A DNA stretch of 64,000 nt from an uncultured virus (IMG/VR IMGVR_UViG_2711768134_000006) (IMGVR_UViG_2711768134_000006); one strand, 5' to 3'; positions 9,901-18,572 are shown, counted from the first letter of the stretch. Program-made: numbers and translations. The notes: generated by a model from the sequence alone, not told the origin.

Positions 9901-11855
9901 ATAATGTAAGAAAAGTAATATGTGGTGCTTATTACACATTGGTGTTAACAAATGATGGAGAATTATATGCTACTGGAAGAAATAAAGAGGGGCAGTTGGG
10001 ACTAGGTGATATTGTTAATAGAGATACTTTTACTAAAGTTAATATAGATAATGTGAAGGAAATATCCTGTGGTCTTGACCATACATTAGTATTGAAAAAT
10101 AATGGAGAATTATATGGATGTGGGAGTAATGGACAGGGGCAATTAGGATTAGGAGATAACACTGGCAGAAATACTTTTACTAAGATTAATATAGATAATG
10201 TTAAAGGTATTAATGCAGGTGGTCGTTCATCTTATATTTATAAAAACGATGGAAGTGTTTTTTCTACTGGACAAAATACATATGGATTATTAGGATTGGG
10301 TGATGTTACTAACAGAAATATTTTTACTAAGGTTAATATTAAAATTTTTGACTTTGAAAAAATAACAGATTGTATAGTCAATAATAATTTTAATTTAGTA
10401 AATAATAAATTTTTAATACCTACAAAAGATACTAAATATCAACATTATGTAACTTCGTCTGATGATTTTAATTACAACGAAATACTAGGCTCTCAATATC
10501 CTGTTTCACCTTATGCTAATGAAGTATTAGAATTGCCTTTCAATAATATAAAAGAATTTTGGATGTCTAAAACACATTCTTTAATTGTTAATACTGATGG
10601 AGAATTATATGGATGTGGTAAAAATACTTATGGACAATTATTAAATCCATTAACAACAACTTCTTTGCTAGAGTTTACTAAGTTAAACTTTGATAATATT
10701 AAACAAGCTTCATGTGGAAATGGATTTTCATATTTTGTTAGAAATGATGGAGCTTTATTTTCTTGTGGTTTAAATTCAAATGGTCAATTAGGACTGGGTC
10801 ATAATAATGATGTTTCTGAACCTCAACTGATTACAACAATATCTAATGTAAAAAAAGTAATGTGTGATAATAATTTTACATTAGCTTTATTAAATAACAA
10901 TGAATTGTATGCACAAGGATACAATAGATTTGGTAACTTTGGTTTAGGTGAAGAGAAAAAAGATACTATAATACCTTTATTCACTAAAATTGCTACAAAT
11001 GTGGAAGATGTAGAAATAGGCACTAATTATATTTTACTTAGAAAAACAGATAATACAGTTTATATTAGTGGTAGAATAAGAGATTGTTATAATATAGAAG
11101 AAAACAATATATATGTTTTTAATGAAATTAAAACACCTTCTAGTATATACAAAGAAAATTTAGTATGGGTTAATCCTGTAAATGATGAAACTGTATCTTT
11201 AATTTATAAAGTAAATTCAGTTAATTCAACTATTGAAATTATTGAAAAAACAATCTCTGGAATAAAGTTAAAAATAAATGATGATGGTAATGAAATTATA
11301 AAAATAGAAATGTATATAAATAATGAGTTGATTACTACTATGACAGAATTTACAAATAAATATTCTCAATTTACCATACCATTAGATAAATTAGTTCTTG
11401 GGAGAAATAATATTGTATTTAAAGGATATGATAATTTTAAAGGAAATATATATACTTCTTTGACAATAAATAAAGAAAATAATTCTATATATGTATCTGA
11501 AAATTCAAGTTTATTAATTAATGGAAAAAGATATACTGTTCAATCTGTTTCAGAATCTGAGGGTAAGGTCACAGTAAATTTAGATAGAGGTTTAGAAGGA
11601 AATGTTAATGTGGGTGATATAATATATCAATTAATCAATAGGTTAAATGTTCAAATAAAAACTAATAACACTGGTATGCATAAAGATGCTAAATTGCTAG
11701 AAATGAAAAAAGTTGACACAGGTTATCAAGAAATATATGAGTTTAAAGAAAATGGAATTAAAGAAGTAGAACCTAAAATTATTGTAAATGGAAATGAAGA
11801 TACAGCAATAAAAAGACCATCTATGATATTTTCTATAGATGAGACTACACTTTAG
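6972..11855 (+). CDS. Giant RCC1/BLIP-II repeat beta-propeller protein, probable receptor-binding tail appendage
   Basis: More than 20 repeats of CG..HTL.L..dGeLY..G.N..GQLGLG; Ig-like C-terminus. Confidence 0.85.
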   Translation: MKENKLIQRGRYFDTIYEIEDFEPEFDKYDFVKMFTSKYIDCTYGLKSDETLWVTGNNQVVGKYSPRNNNISRRVDTFTKIDGVSNIKDIAIGSEHTVILKKDGTLLGVGQNSNGALGLGGDITVATTFTKLPIEDVVKVVVGSGLTIALKSNGELYFTGYNGSQQFDNLENTNTFIKLSITDVKDIDCGDGFTFILKTNGELYSCGSNSYGQLGLGDNTNRNTFTKVNIDNVKEISCGRYNSFIIKNDDSLYGCGYNTEGQLGLGDITNRNVFTNMALNVKKVVYGINSTIILKNDDSLYGCGRNTYGQLGLRNVPNPKTFIKIGINNIKDIYCGNNHTIMIRNDNKLLFCGTNRESQIGNPNNINYPVDVFTEYKSAEVLGYNKSVTMNNKNYLIKENGDYICYGNIKKIVSVEGSTYALLENGELWVSGNNTDGQLGLNHKVTQNYFTRVPIDNIRDVVCGAYYAFIIKNDDTVWVTGLNNSGQLGTGNTSQLQKFTKISIDNVKKIACGRSHVLILKNDNSIWGAGAGYYLGIGTTSSTGITSFTKVPIDDVRDIACGYECSIILKNDNSIWGAGANHSGQLGKTSNNSVEKYFIELSINKAVKVKEIYCGIYHTLILKTNGELYGCGSNTQGQLGRRISTDKLEQFTLIETDTTHICNNHCESYNTLIIDSIGRLKATGQNNYNQLGLENNKTTLIESFTPTNIVIGQGNNRYIAGGSDCTFLVKTDGKVYGIGNRLNGRFGTGSDSVAASTFTRIGFEFNSTEIDYNNDFRIATTNVNDYMSVFLKKSNGELYGVGNNTYGQLGIGNNSTCHYFYPINIKNIKDVICGLNYTLILKKDGELLVTGNTSSQKALDTKTLLTSEPYRFNQVSTISNVEKVVCGSLIVFALLGDGRLYSTGTNTYGQLGLGDIANRDSFARVNINNVKEIACGISHTLILTSNGELYATGRNDEGQLGLGDNTNRNTFTKVNINNVRKVICGAYYTLVLTNDGELYATGRNKEGQLGLGDIVNRDTFTKVNIDNVKEISCGLDHTLVLKNNGELYGCGSNGQGQLGLGDNTGRNTFTKINIDNVKGINAGGRSSYIYKNDGSVFSTGQNTYGLLGLGDVTNRNIFTKVNIKIFDFEKITDCIVNNNFNLVNNKFLIPTKDTKYQHYVTSSDDFNYNEILGSQYPVSPYANEVLELPFNNIKEFWMSKTHSLIVNTDGELYGCGKNTYGQLLNPLTTTSLLEFTKLNFDNIKQASCGNGFSYFVRNDGALFSCGLNSNGQLGLGHNNDVSEPQLITTISNVKKVMCDNNFTLALLNNNELYAQGYNRFGNFGLGEEKKDTIIPLFTKIATNVEDVEIGTNYILLRKTDNTVYISGRIRDCYNIEENNIYVFNEIKTPSSIYKENLVWVNPVNDETVSLIYKVNSVNSTIEIIEKTISGIKLKINDDGNEIIKIEMYINNELITTMTEFTNKYSQFTIPLDKLVLGRNNIVFKGYDNFKGNIYTSLTINKENNSIYVSENSSLLINGKRYTVQSVSESEGKVTVNLDRGLEGNVNVGDIIYQLINRLNVQIKTNNTGMHKDAKLLEMKKVDTGYQEIYEFKENGIKEVEPKIIVNGNEDTAIKRPSMIFSIDETTL

Positions 11856-11868
11856 AAGGGATTAAATT

Positions 11869-12195
11869 ATGAACGTAAATATAAATGAAGAAAAAATTGA
11901 AAAGCTTAAGCAGAAAAAGAAAATAAGTAATTTAAATATAAGTCAAAAAACGCAAGATAATGACATTACAGATTTAATGTTAGCAACTGCTGAAATATGT
12001 GAAATGGTATTAAGTAGTCAACAGACATCTACTATGTCATTAAGAAATATAAAATTAAATGAAGGAGGAAGTAGTATGGCAGCAATTTATGTGGGATTGA
12101 TAGAGAGAGGTTTAAAAACAATTGACCAAGTACCTGTAAAATACAGAGAAGAAGTAAGAAAAATGTGTGAAGCATTAGAGATTTCATTATCATAG
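11869..12195 (+). CDS. Tail-associated protein; C-terminal 39 aa are XkdX/CD1375-like with their own start at 12076
   Basis: Y..LI..G.KTI.QVP..YREEV motif; internal GAAGGAGG RBS before an in-frame ATG at 12076. Confidence 0.65.
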   Translation: MNVNINEEKIEKLKQKKKISNLNISQKTQDNDITDLMLATAEICEMVLSSQQTSTMSLRNIKLNEGGSSMAAIYVGLIERGLKTIDQVPVKYREEVRKMCEALEISLS

Positions 12196-12273
12196 AATTG
12201 TAAGAGTTCTTTTTTTATGTTCAAAATAGAGAGTTACTAATGTAGCTCTCTAACTTAAAAAGAAGGTGATAAA

Positions 12274-12603
12274 TTGTTAAATGAAGAGGTAGTAAAAAAA
12301 TTAAAGAATGTACCTAGCGACACTAATAATGCAATAGAAACTGCTAAAACAGAGATTAACAACAAAATAGGTGATACAACACAACTTACTACAACAGATA
12401 AAACAAATATAGTTAGTGCATTAAATGAGGTAAAAACTAGCGTAGATAGCATAGAAACAACAGCAGAGAAAACAAGTTATAATAATGCAACAAGTAATCT
12501 TACTGCTACAAATGTTCAAGGGGCGATTGATGAAGTTGTTAGAAAAATAGAAAATTTTAATGAGGTTAATATATCTATACAAAATGATATGTTACCTATT
12601 TAA
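12274..12603 (+). CDS. Short tail-fibre-like protein
   Basis: IGDTTQLTTTDKTNIVSALNEV and ATNVQGAIDEV fibre repeats. Confidence 0.6.
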   Translation: MLNEEVVKKLKNVPSDTNNAIETAKTEINNKIGDTTQLTTTDKTNIVSALNEVKTSVDSIETTAEKTSYNNATSNLTATNVQGAIDEVVRKIENFNEVNISIQNDMLPI

Positions 12604-12619
12604 GATAGGAGAGTGAAAA

Positions 12620-14335
12620 ATGGCTATAGTTTATGAATTTAATTATACAGGTGCTGAACAAAGTGTAGTGTTGCCACCTGGTAAATATAAGTTTGAATGT
12701 TTTGGTGCTTGTGGTGGTAATTATTATGATTTTGTACAGTGTGCAAAAGGTGGCTATACTGCTGGTTCTTTAATATTGAAAGAAAATACTACATTACATG
12801 TTTACGTTGGGCAAAGTGGTTATTGTAAAGGTGTTAATGGTATTGAGACTTGTAGAAGTGGTTTTAATGGTGCGGGTGGTATAACCACTTATAAAAGTAC
12901 TTCTGATGGTTATTATAGTCTTGCAGGTGGTGGAGCTACTGATATTAGACTTATTGGTGGTAACTGGGATAATTTACAAAGTTTGCTATCTCGCATAATT
13001 GTTGCAGGTGGTGGTGGTGGTGGAAGCGGAAATTCACATGATAGTATTGGTCATGGTGGTGGTACAAAAGGTAAAGATGGTATTTCTATAGCAAATAAAT
13101 ATTTTGCAGGCGGTGGAAGCCAATTTCAAGGCGGTTTAACTTTTAATAGTCTTTATAATGGTTCTTTTGGTGTAAGCGGTGCTGGAGATGGCATTAGTGG
13201 TGTTGGTGGCGGTGGTGGTTGGTATTGTGGTGCAGGTAGTTTTTATGCTGAATTTGGTGGTGGTGGAAGTGGATATATTCTAACAAAAGATAGTTATAAG
13301 CCAGCAAATTATAGTCCATCTTCTAAATATTATTTTAGCGATATAAATAGCGTTGTAGGTGGAAATACTACGAAACAAGATGGTTATGCTAAAATAACAT
13401 TACTCCAAGCATTACCTTTTTTAACTATATCCTCTTATAATTCCACTACAGCTACATTTAAAGCTGACCACACAGACCCTACATTGCTTACAAAAATAGA
13501 ATATTTTATAGATGATGTACTAAAAGAAACTATAACAACAGATTTAACAACAGAGAAAATAATTAACTATACATTAGAAGATAATACACTACACACACTT
13601 AAGATAGTTGTCACAGACAGCGCTAATGCTACAGCAGAAAAAGTTGTAAGTATAAGCAAAGGAATTGCACCTCTTCCTGCTGGTTCTACAACAGATGAAG
13701 TTACAAGTAAATGGATAGAAATTAAAGATGCATTTAAAAGTGGCAAAACAAGTATTATAAACACTTTAGCATTAAAGAATATAGAAGCAAGTTTAAATAA
13801 TACGCTAGTTGAATTATCAGAGAAAATAAAAACAAGTTTTGACAGTTCTGACGCTAGTGTGCAGGATTTGATGAACCAGTTAACACAAGCTAATAACACT
13901 ATAAGTCAGTTAAATTCTAAATATAAATATGCCAGTGGTACTATTGATGTTGTTAAAAATAGTTCTTTAATGGCTAATTTATATGGAGAGTCCTTTGGTA
14001 GACAACCTGGTACTTGGCTTAAGATTGATAATTTAGGTTTTATTCCTAATATTTTTGTTGCTGAATGCCAATATGTTACTTCTAATAATTATTTTTTTAA
14101 ACATATTGTTATTGCTACTTGTAATATAAATTGGTTTTGGGATAAAAAAGATTTTTCAGCTAGAATTGTATTTACTAAAGAAAAAAATTCTAATCAAGAT
14201 TTTAGTGGAAGTGGAATTATTTATTCAAATAATGAGTGTGATGTATATATAAATAATAAAGGCATTAATGTTCCTGCAAGTAGTCCTAATGTTTCTAGTT
14301 ACCTACATTCTTGGCATGCTATAAAATTTATATAA
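12620..14335 (+). CDS. Glycine-rich-domain tail / receptor-binding protein
   Basis: F.YTG..Q, GGGATDIRL, RIIVAGGGGG and GGGGSGY glycine-rich domain; Ig-like middle; variable C-terminus. Confidence 0.75.
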   Translation: MAIVYEFNYTGAEQSVVLPPGKYKFECFGACGGNYYDFVQCAKGGYTAGSLILKENTTLHVYVGQSGYCKGVNGIETCRSGFNGAGGITTYKSTSDGYYSLAGGGATDIRLIGGNWDNLQSLLSRIIVAGGGGGGSGNSHDSIGHGGGTKGKDGISIANKYFAGGGSQFQGGLTFNSLYNGSFGVSGAGDGISGVGGGGGWYCGAGSFYAEFGGGGSGYILTKDSYKPANYSPSSKYYFSDINSVVGGNTTKQDGYAKITLLQALPFLTISSYNSTTATFKADHTDPTLLTKIEYFIDDVLKETITTDLTTEKIINYTLEDNTLHTLKIVVTDSANATAEKVVSISKGIAPLPAGSTTDEVTSKWIEIKDAFKSGKTSIINTLALKNIEASLNNTLVELSEKIKTSFDSSDASVQDLMNQLTQANNTISQLNSKYKYASGTIDVVKNSSLMANLYGESFGRQPGTWLKIDNLGFIPNIFVAECQYVTSNNYFFKHIVIATCNINWFWDKKDFSARIVFTKEKNSNQDFSGSGIIYSNNECDVYINNKGINVPASSPNVSSYLHSWHAIKFI

Positions 14336-14348
14336 ATGAGGTGATAAA

Positions 14349-14642
14349 ATGAATAGAGCAAATAGAATTATATGTGACCAAACCGGGAAAATATTACTCC
14401 AAACTGGAGAAGCAACAGGGGATATATTAGAACATGATGAAATAACGGAATTACATTTTGTTGATATTCCGTATGGAAGTGTAGATTATACTAAAAGCAG
14501 AATTGTAAGCATAAATATAGAAACAAAAGAACCTATCTTAGAAGAAATACCAGTATTTGTTTCAGAAGAAGAAAAGAGAATACAAGAGTTAGAAAATCAA
14601 TTACTAATTGCAGAAAATGAAAAAGTAGGAGGAATTTTATAA
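14349..14642 (+). CDS. Tail fibre assembly/chaperone-like protein
   Basis: Follows the RBP gene; RIQELENQLL C-terminus common in C. difficile phage tail chaperones. Confidence 0.55.
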   Translation: MNRANRIICDQTGKILLQTGEATGDILEHDEITELHFVDIPYGSVDYTKSRIVSINIETKEPILEEIPVFVSEEEKRIQELENQLLIAENEKVGGIL

Positions 14643-14824
14643 TGAATATAAATAATGTTGTAGTAAGAATATTAGCAGAGAGAATATTAAACGGAGGGTT
14701 AAACCCATTGAAAAATAGAGAATTTCAGTTAGATGACGTGACTAACATAGGGTACAGAAAAGCAGTAGAGGATTATATTATAGAGCATAGTGGAGTAGTC
14801 GAAGAAGCAGAACCAATTGTATAG
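14642..14824 (+). CDS. Small tail-associated protein (60 aa)
   Basis: TAATG overlap with the previous gene; GGAGG RBS. Confidence 0.6.
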   Translation: MNINNVVVRILAERILNGGLNPLKNREFQLDDVTNIGYRKAVEDYIIEHSGVVEEAEPIV

Positions 14825-14858
14825 AAGGTTCTTTTTTAGATTATTTAATAAAAACATA

Positions 14859-14876
14859 TTAAAATCATAATTTTAA
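14859..14876. repeat. Junction site TTAAAA-TCATAA-TTTTAA
   Basis: Perfect copy of the dispersed motif, between the tail and lysis modules. Confidence 0.55.
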
Positions 14877-14893
14877 TTAGAAATTTAGTGAAT

Positions 14894-14920
14894 AAGAGCC
14901 TTGTTTTATAGGCTCTTTTT
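14894..14920 (+). terminator. Intrinsic terminator
   Basis: AAGAGCCT/AGGCTCTT stem plus T-tract. Confidence 0.7.
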
Positions 14921-14949
14921 ATATTAATTATTTAAAAGGAGTGGTAATT

Positions 14950-15765
14950 TTGAATATAAAAACATTAACAATTCATGCAGGACACAACCCAGATGGTAAA
15001 GTAGGTTCTGGAGCAGTAGGAAATATAAAAGAATCTACAGAAGCAAGAAATGTACTAAAAGAGTTAATACCTTTATCTCAAAAGGAATGTAAAGTTTATG
15101 ATTGTACATGTAACAATGGAACTTCTCAGAGTGATATATTGAATAAGATTATAGATAAATGTAATTCATATAACACAGATTTAAATGTAAGTATCCATTT
15201 CAACAGTGGTGGTGGTCGAGGAGTAGAAGTTTTAGTGTATAATTTAAATGACAAAGAAACTGTTGAAATAGCATCAAGAATATGTAAAAAAATAACTGAA
15301 ACTTATCATGCAAAAGGTGATAAAGATTTTAAAAATCGTGGAGTTAAAGAAAAGAAAACTCTAGCATTTTTAAGAAGAACGAAGGCAAAGTCAATTTTAG
15401 TCGAGTGCTGCTTTGTAGACACATCTGATACTAAAAAATATAATGCTAAAGATATGGCCATAGACATTTACGAAGGAATATTTAATAAGTCTGTAGCTGG
15501 TAAACCACAAGATAACAAAGTGAAATACGCAATAGTTTATGAAGGTGAAGTAGATAAAGTTATAGCCCAATTAATGGCCATGAATTATAAATCTAATGAA
15601 GTCTCTATATGTGAGTTGAAAAATTATGTTCCTGGACATTGTGAAAACCTATATGTGATTGGTAGAGCATCCAGTAAAATTAAAACTAGCGAGAGATTCA
15701 CTAAGTTACAAGGTGATGATAGATGGGCTACACTTCATAAAGTGTTAGATTTTATAGGCAAGTAG
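14950..15765 (+). CDS. Endolysin, N-acetylmuramoyl-L-alanine amidase (Amidase_3) with CD27L-like C-terminal domain
   Basis: HAGH, E, SIHFN and LVECCFVD zinc-amidase motifs; YAIVYEGEVD and G.DRW.T C-terminal domain; TTG at 14950 fits the AGGAG RBS. Confidence 0.9.
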   Translation: MNIKTLTIHAGHNPDGKVGSGAVGNIKESTEARNVLKELIPLSQKECKVYDCTCNNGTSQSDILNKIIDKCNSYNTDLNVSIHFNSGGGRGVEVLVYNLNDKETVEIASRICKKITETYHAKGDKDFKNRGVKEKKTLAFLRRTKAKSILVECCFVDTSDTKKYNAKDMAIDIYEGIFNKSVAGKPQDNKVKYAIVYEGEVDKVIAQLMAMNYKSNEVSICELKNYVPGHCENLYVIGRASSKIKTSERFTKLQGDDRWATLHKVLDFIGK

Positions 15766-15776
15766 GAGGTAATGAA

Positions 15777-16394
15777 TTGAATATATTAGATAAATCAACA
15801 GCTACATTAGAACAAGTCTTTTCGTATTTAGACACATTAAAAAATAACTCTAATCCACCACATTTTTTATGCAGAGCTATAGTACCAATTATATATAAAG
15901 AAGCAGAGAAAAAAGGTGTAAATCCAGTTATTGCAATTGCTCAAGCATTTGTAGAAACTGGATATTTTAATTTTGGTAGAGTTTTAAATCCTTCTTATTG
16001 CAATGTGTGTGGTCTTAAAGGAAATAAAGGTGGAGGAGATTTAGACCCAACAGCTCATACAAGATTTAATTGTTGGGAGGATGGAGTATCAGCATTTATT
16101 GACCATCTAGCATTATATGCTGGAGCTAAGGGATATCCAAAATATAGTGAATTAGTTGGTAAAGTTGAATATAAAGTAAATGGAACTACATTAGACCCTA
16201 GACATTTTCCATATTTACATGGAGAAGCTAAAACAGTAGAAAGTTTATCAGGCAAATGGTGTCCAGATATGAATTATGGCCAAAACATAATAAATATATG
16301 TAATAAGATAAGTTCAATGAAGGTAGAAAACAATGATGTAAAATTAGAGCAAATAAAAACTAAAGTAAAAGAATTAAATGAGATTCTTGGATAG
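15777..16394 (+). CDS. Glucosaminidase (GH73-like), second peptidoglycan hydrolase
   Basis: AIAQAFVETG, N.CGLK, F..WEDGV.A and GKW....NYG motifs. Confidence 0.8.
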   Translation: MNILDKSTATLEQVFSYLDTLKNNSNPPHFLCRAIVPIIYKEAEKKGVNPVIAIAQAFVETGYFNFGRVLNPSYCNVCGLKGNKGGGDLDPTAHTRFNCWEDGVSAFIDHLALYAGAKGYPKYSELVGKVEYKVNGTTLDPRHFPYLHGEAKTVESLSGKWCPDMNYGQNIINICNKISSMKVENNDVKLEQIKTKVKELNEILG

Positions 16395-16405
16395 GAGGAA
16401 ATCAC

Positions 16406-16657
16406 ATGGATATAATGCAATTTATACCTGAAAATTTAATAATGTTAATAGGTGGGCTTTACATATTAGGAACATTTATAAAAGAATCTAATATTAAAAA
16501 TAAATACATACCTTTTATATTGTTAGTTATAGCAATGATAAGCAGTTGTTTGTTTATGAAAGAGCTGTCAATAGAAGCTGTTTTTGAAGGTATTTTATGT
16601 TGGGGAGCATCTATAGGAATAAATCAAATACAAGTACAAAACAGAAAGGAAAAGTAG
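16406..16657 (+). CDS. Holin
   Basis: Three hydrophobic segments; IKNKYIPFILL; basic C-terminus; lysis module. Confidence 0.8.
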   Translation: MDIMQFIPENLIMLIGGLYILGTFIKESNIKNKYIPFILLVIAMISSCLFMKELSIEAVFEGILCWGASIGINQIQVQNRKEK

Positions 16658-16969
16658 ATGTTATCTAAAGAAATGATTGAATTATTAAGCCAATATGGAT
16701 ATACAGCCATACTACTTACAGTAGTAATGTTATGGTTTGGCAGATATTTAGAAAAGAATAGACAACTAGAGCAGGATGATAGAAAAAAAGAAAGAGCTTA
16801 TTTTTCAAGAGAAATTAAAGAGCAGAGAACTTTATTTGGTAATACAATAGATAAGTTTGATGATAAATTAGATAAATTTGCTGAAGCATTAAATACTAAT
16901 AACAGTAGACTTGAAAGAGTTGAAACAGACATAACAAAAATTAAAGATAAATTAGAGACTAGAGATTAA
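16658..16969 (+). CDS. Holin-like protein (one TM helix plus coiled coil, BhlA/UviB-like)
   Basis: N-terminal TM helix, coiled coil ending RLERVETDI; adjacent to the holin. Confidence 0.6.
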   Translation: MLSKEMIELLSQYGYTAILLTVVMLWFGRYLEKNRQLEQDDRKKERAYFSREIKEQRTLFGNTIDKFDDKLDKFAEALNTNNSRLERVETDITKIKDKLETRD

Positions 16970-16986
16970 TTTCTCTAGTCTTTTTT
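16956..16986 (+). terminator. Intrinsic terminator ending the lysis operon
   Basis: AGACTAGAGA/TCTCTAGTCT stem plus T-tract. Confidence 0.75.
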
Positions 16987-17003
16987 ATAAGGAAGTGAAG
17001 TAT

Positions 17004-17939
17004 TTGGCAAAACAACGCAGTAAAAGAATAAGCATAAATGGAGAACTAAATCCAGAGAATATTAAATTATGGAAGCAATACAAAAGAGCAAAACAAATAG
17101 CTGGGAAAAGTGAAAAAACAATATATAATTATGAATGTGATATAATGCAATTTTTTAAGTTTTTAAATATAGAATGTTTTGATGCATTACTAACTGATAT
17201 AAATGAAGAAGAAATAGAAGCTTATATAGGTTATTGTATGGAACATGGAAATAATGAAAAAAGAATTAGACGTAGAATAAGTTCAATTTCATCATTACTA
17301 TCCTTTTTAAAGAAGAAGAGGAAAATTACTGACAACTGGTGTGAAATGATAGAAAGACCAGGAACAGGCGAAGAAGTTCAGAAAAGAACTTTTTTAACTG
17401 AAGAACAGTTAAGCAAATTAAAAGAAAAGCTTTCAGAGCAAGACAATTTACAGTTAGAAGTTTATATAAATTTAGGATTGGCTACAATGGCTAGAAGTAA
17501 TGAGATAAGTCAATTTAGATGGGACAATATAGATTTAGATAATAGATGGATTCATGGTATTACAGCCAAAGGTGGAGTTTCAAGAGATTTTAGATTTTCA
17601 GAAGAAGTCCAGCATCTATTAATAGAATGGAAGGATTATCTATCTCAAAATAATATAGATTATCCGTATATATTCTTTACAAGATATGGAGGCAAATACA
17701 ATCAAGTCAATTCAAATGTCTTAAGTTCATGGGTTAAAAAAGCTTTCAGGTTAATTGGTATAGAAGGTGGATATAATCATGACCTTAGACATAGTATGTC
17801 TAATCTTTTAAAAGACAGAGGAGTTCCAATAACTACAGTTTCAAAATTGCTTGGCCACAGTGGGGTTGATGTAACTATAAATCACTACACAATAGAAAAT
17901 AAAAATAAATTAGCTGAGGAATATGATAAGTTTATGTAA
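17004..17939 (+). CDS. Tyrosine recombinase (XerC/D-like, no arm-binding domain)
   Basis: Full catalytic set: R (ARSNE), K (AKGG), HDLRH, LGH, HY; TTG at 17004 fits the AAGGAAG RBS. Confidence 0.9.
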   Translation: MAKQRSKRISINGELNPENIKLWKQYKRAKQIAGKSEKTIYNYECDIMQFFKFLNIECFDALLTDINEEEIEAYIGYCMEHGNNEKRIRRRISSISSLLSFLKKKRKITDNWCEMIERPGTGEEVQKRTFLTEEQLSKLKEKLSEQDNLQLEVYINLGLATMARSNEISQFRWDNIDLDNRWIHGITAKGGVSRDFRFSEEVQHLLIEWKDYLSQNNIDYPYIFFTRYGGKYNQVNSNVLSSWVKKAFRLIGIEGGYNHDLRHSMSNLLKDRGVPITTVSKLLGHSGVDVTINHYTIENKNKLAEEYDKFM

Positions 17940-17958
17940 ATTGAAAGGAGGTGGTATC

Positions 17959-18000
17959 ATGGCATGTAAAGGTCGTAAAAAAGGTAAGAAAAAGAGATAG
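17959..18000 (+). CDS. 13-aa highly basic micro-ORF (MACKGRKKGKKKR)
   Basis: GAAAGGAGGTG RBS before ATG at 17959; followed directly by a long terminator. Confidence 0.55.
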   Translation: MACKGRKKGKKKR

Positions 18001-18006
18001 ATAAAT

Positions 18007-18065
18007 AATAAAGCCCTTTAAGGATTACTCTTAAATGAGTTTTCTTTAAAGGGCTTTATTTTTTT
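18007..18065. terminator. Long intrinsic terminator
   Basis: AATAAAGCCCTTTAA...TTAAAGGGCTTTATT stem plus T-tract. Confidence 0.8.
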
Positions 18066-18095
18066 GTCTAAAATAGCTTCTTATTAAATATATAC

Positions 18096-18164
18096 ATACT
18101 TATATAACATATTTTTAATAATATTATATGTTATATAAGTATATTTTTGACATGTATAACATAT
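18096..18164. promoter_or_regulatory. Operator-like 17-bp inverted repeat and TTGACA upstream of the XRE gene
   Basis: ATACTTATATAACATAT (18096-18112) / ATATGTTATATAAGTAT (18126-18142); TATAACATAT again at 18155 and 18628. Confidence 0.6.
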
Positions 18165-18200
18165 CATTAAGATAAATAAACTAATATAATCTAATAAGGA

Positions 18201-18563
18201 ATGATAAAAATGTTAGAAGAAGATGAAATATATAATGTAATTGGTAAAAGAATAAGAAATTATAGAAGAAAAGCAGGGTATAATCAAAATACATTAGCAA
18301 AAAAGACTGGTTTATTTCCTGCTTATATTGGTCAAATTGAAAGAGGTGAAAGTAAAGCATCACTTCGTTCAATTTTTAAAATTGCAAATGCATTAGAGAT
18401 ACCTTTAGAAGTTTTATTTGAAAATATTATACAGAATGAAAATGATGTTGAAACTCTTTCGTCTGAAGCTTATGAGTTAATTGATAGTTTAACAGTAAAA
18501 GAACAAAAAGCGATAATTAGATTGATAAAAGAAATAATTGAATATCGAAAATTTGAAGAATAA
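18201..18563 (+). CDS. XRE-family HTH transcriptional regulator
   Basis: IGKRIRNYR...Q..LA...YIGQIERGE...SL..I.KIA.AL HTH_3 signature. Confidence 0.9.
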   Translation: MIKMLEEDEIYNVIGKRIRNYRRKAGYNQNTLAKKTGLFPAYIGQIERGESKASLRSIFKIANALEIPLEVLFENIIQNENDVETLSSEAYELIDSLTVKEQKAIIRLIKEIIEYRKFEE

Positions 18564-18572
18564 AAATTTAAT

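Noticed and set aside
1866..13899. Minus-strand ORFs inside the tail genes (1866, 2319, 2860, 3364, 3676, 5779, 7463, 7754, 9932, 10823, 12255, 13567)
   Set aside because: Antisense shadows of long, well-supported + strand genes; Ser/Leu/Phe-rich and without a convincing RBS.
6972..14335. Diversity-generating retroelement or invertible shufflon acting on the tail genes
   Set aside because: No reverse transcriptase in the window; the repeats are direct and not adenine-specific variants; no inverted alternative 3' ends were found.
15490..15765. Secondary translation start producing the endolysin C-terminal domain, as in CD27L/CTP1L
   Set aside because: An in-frame GTG is at the expected place but no Shine-Dalgarno precedes it.
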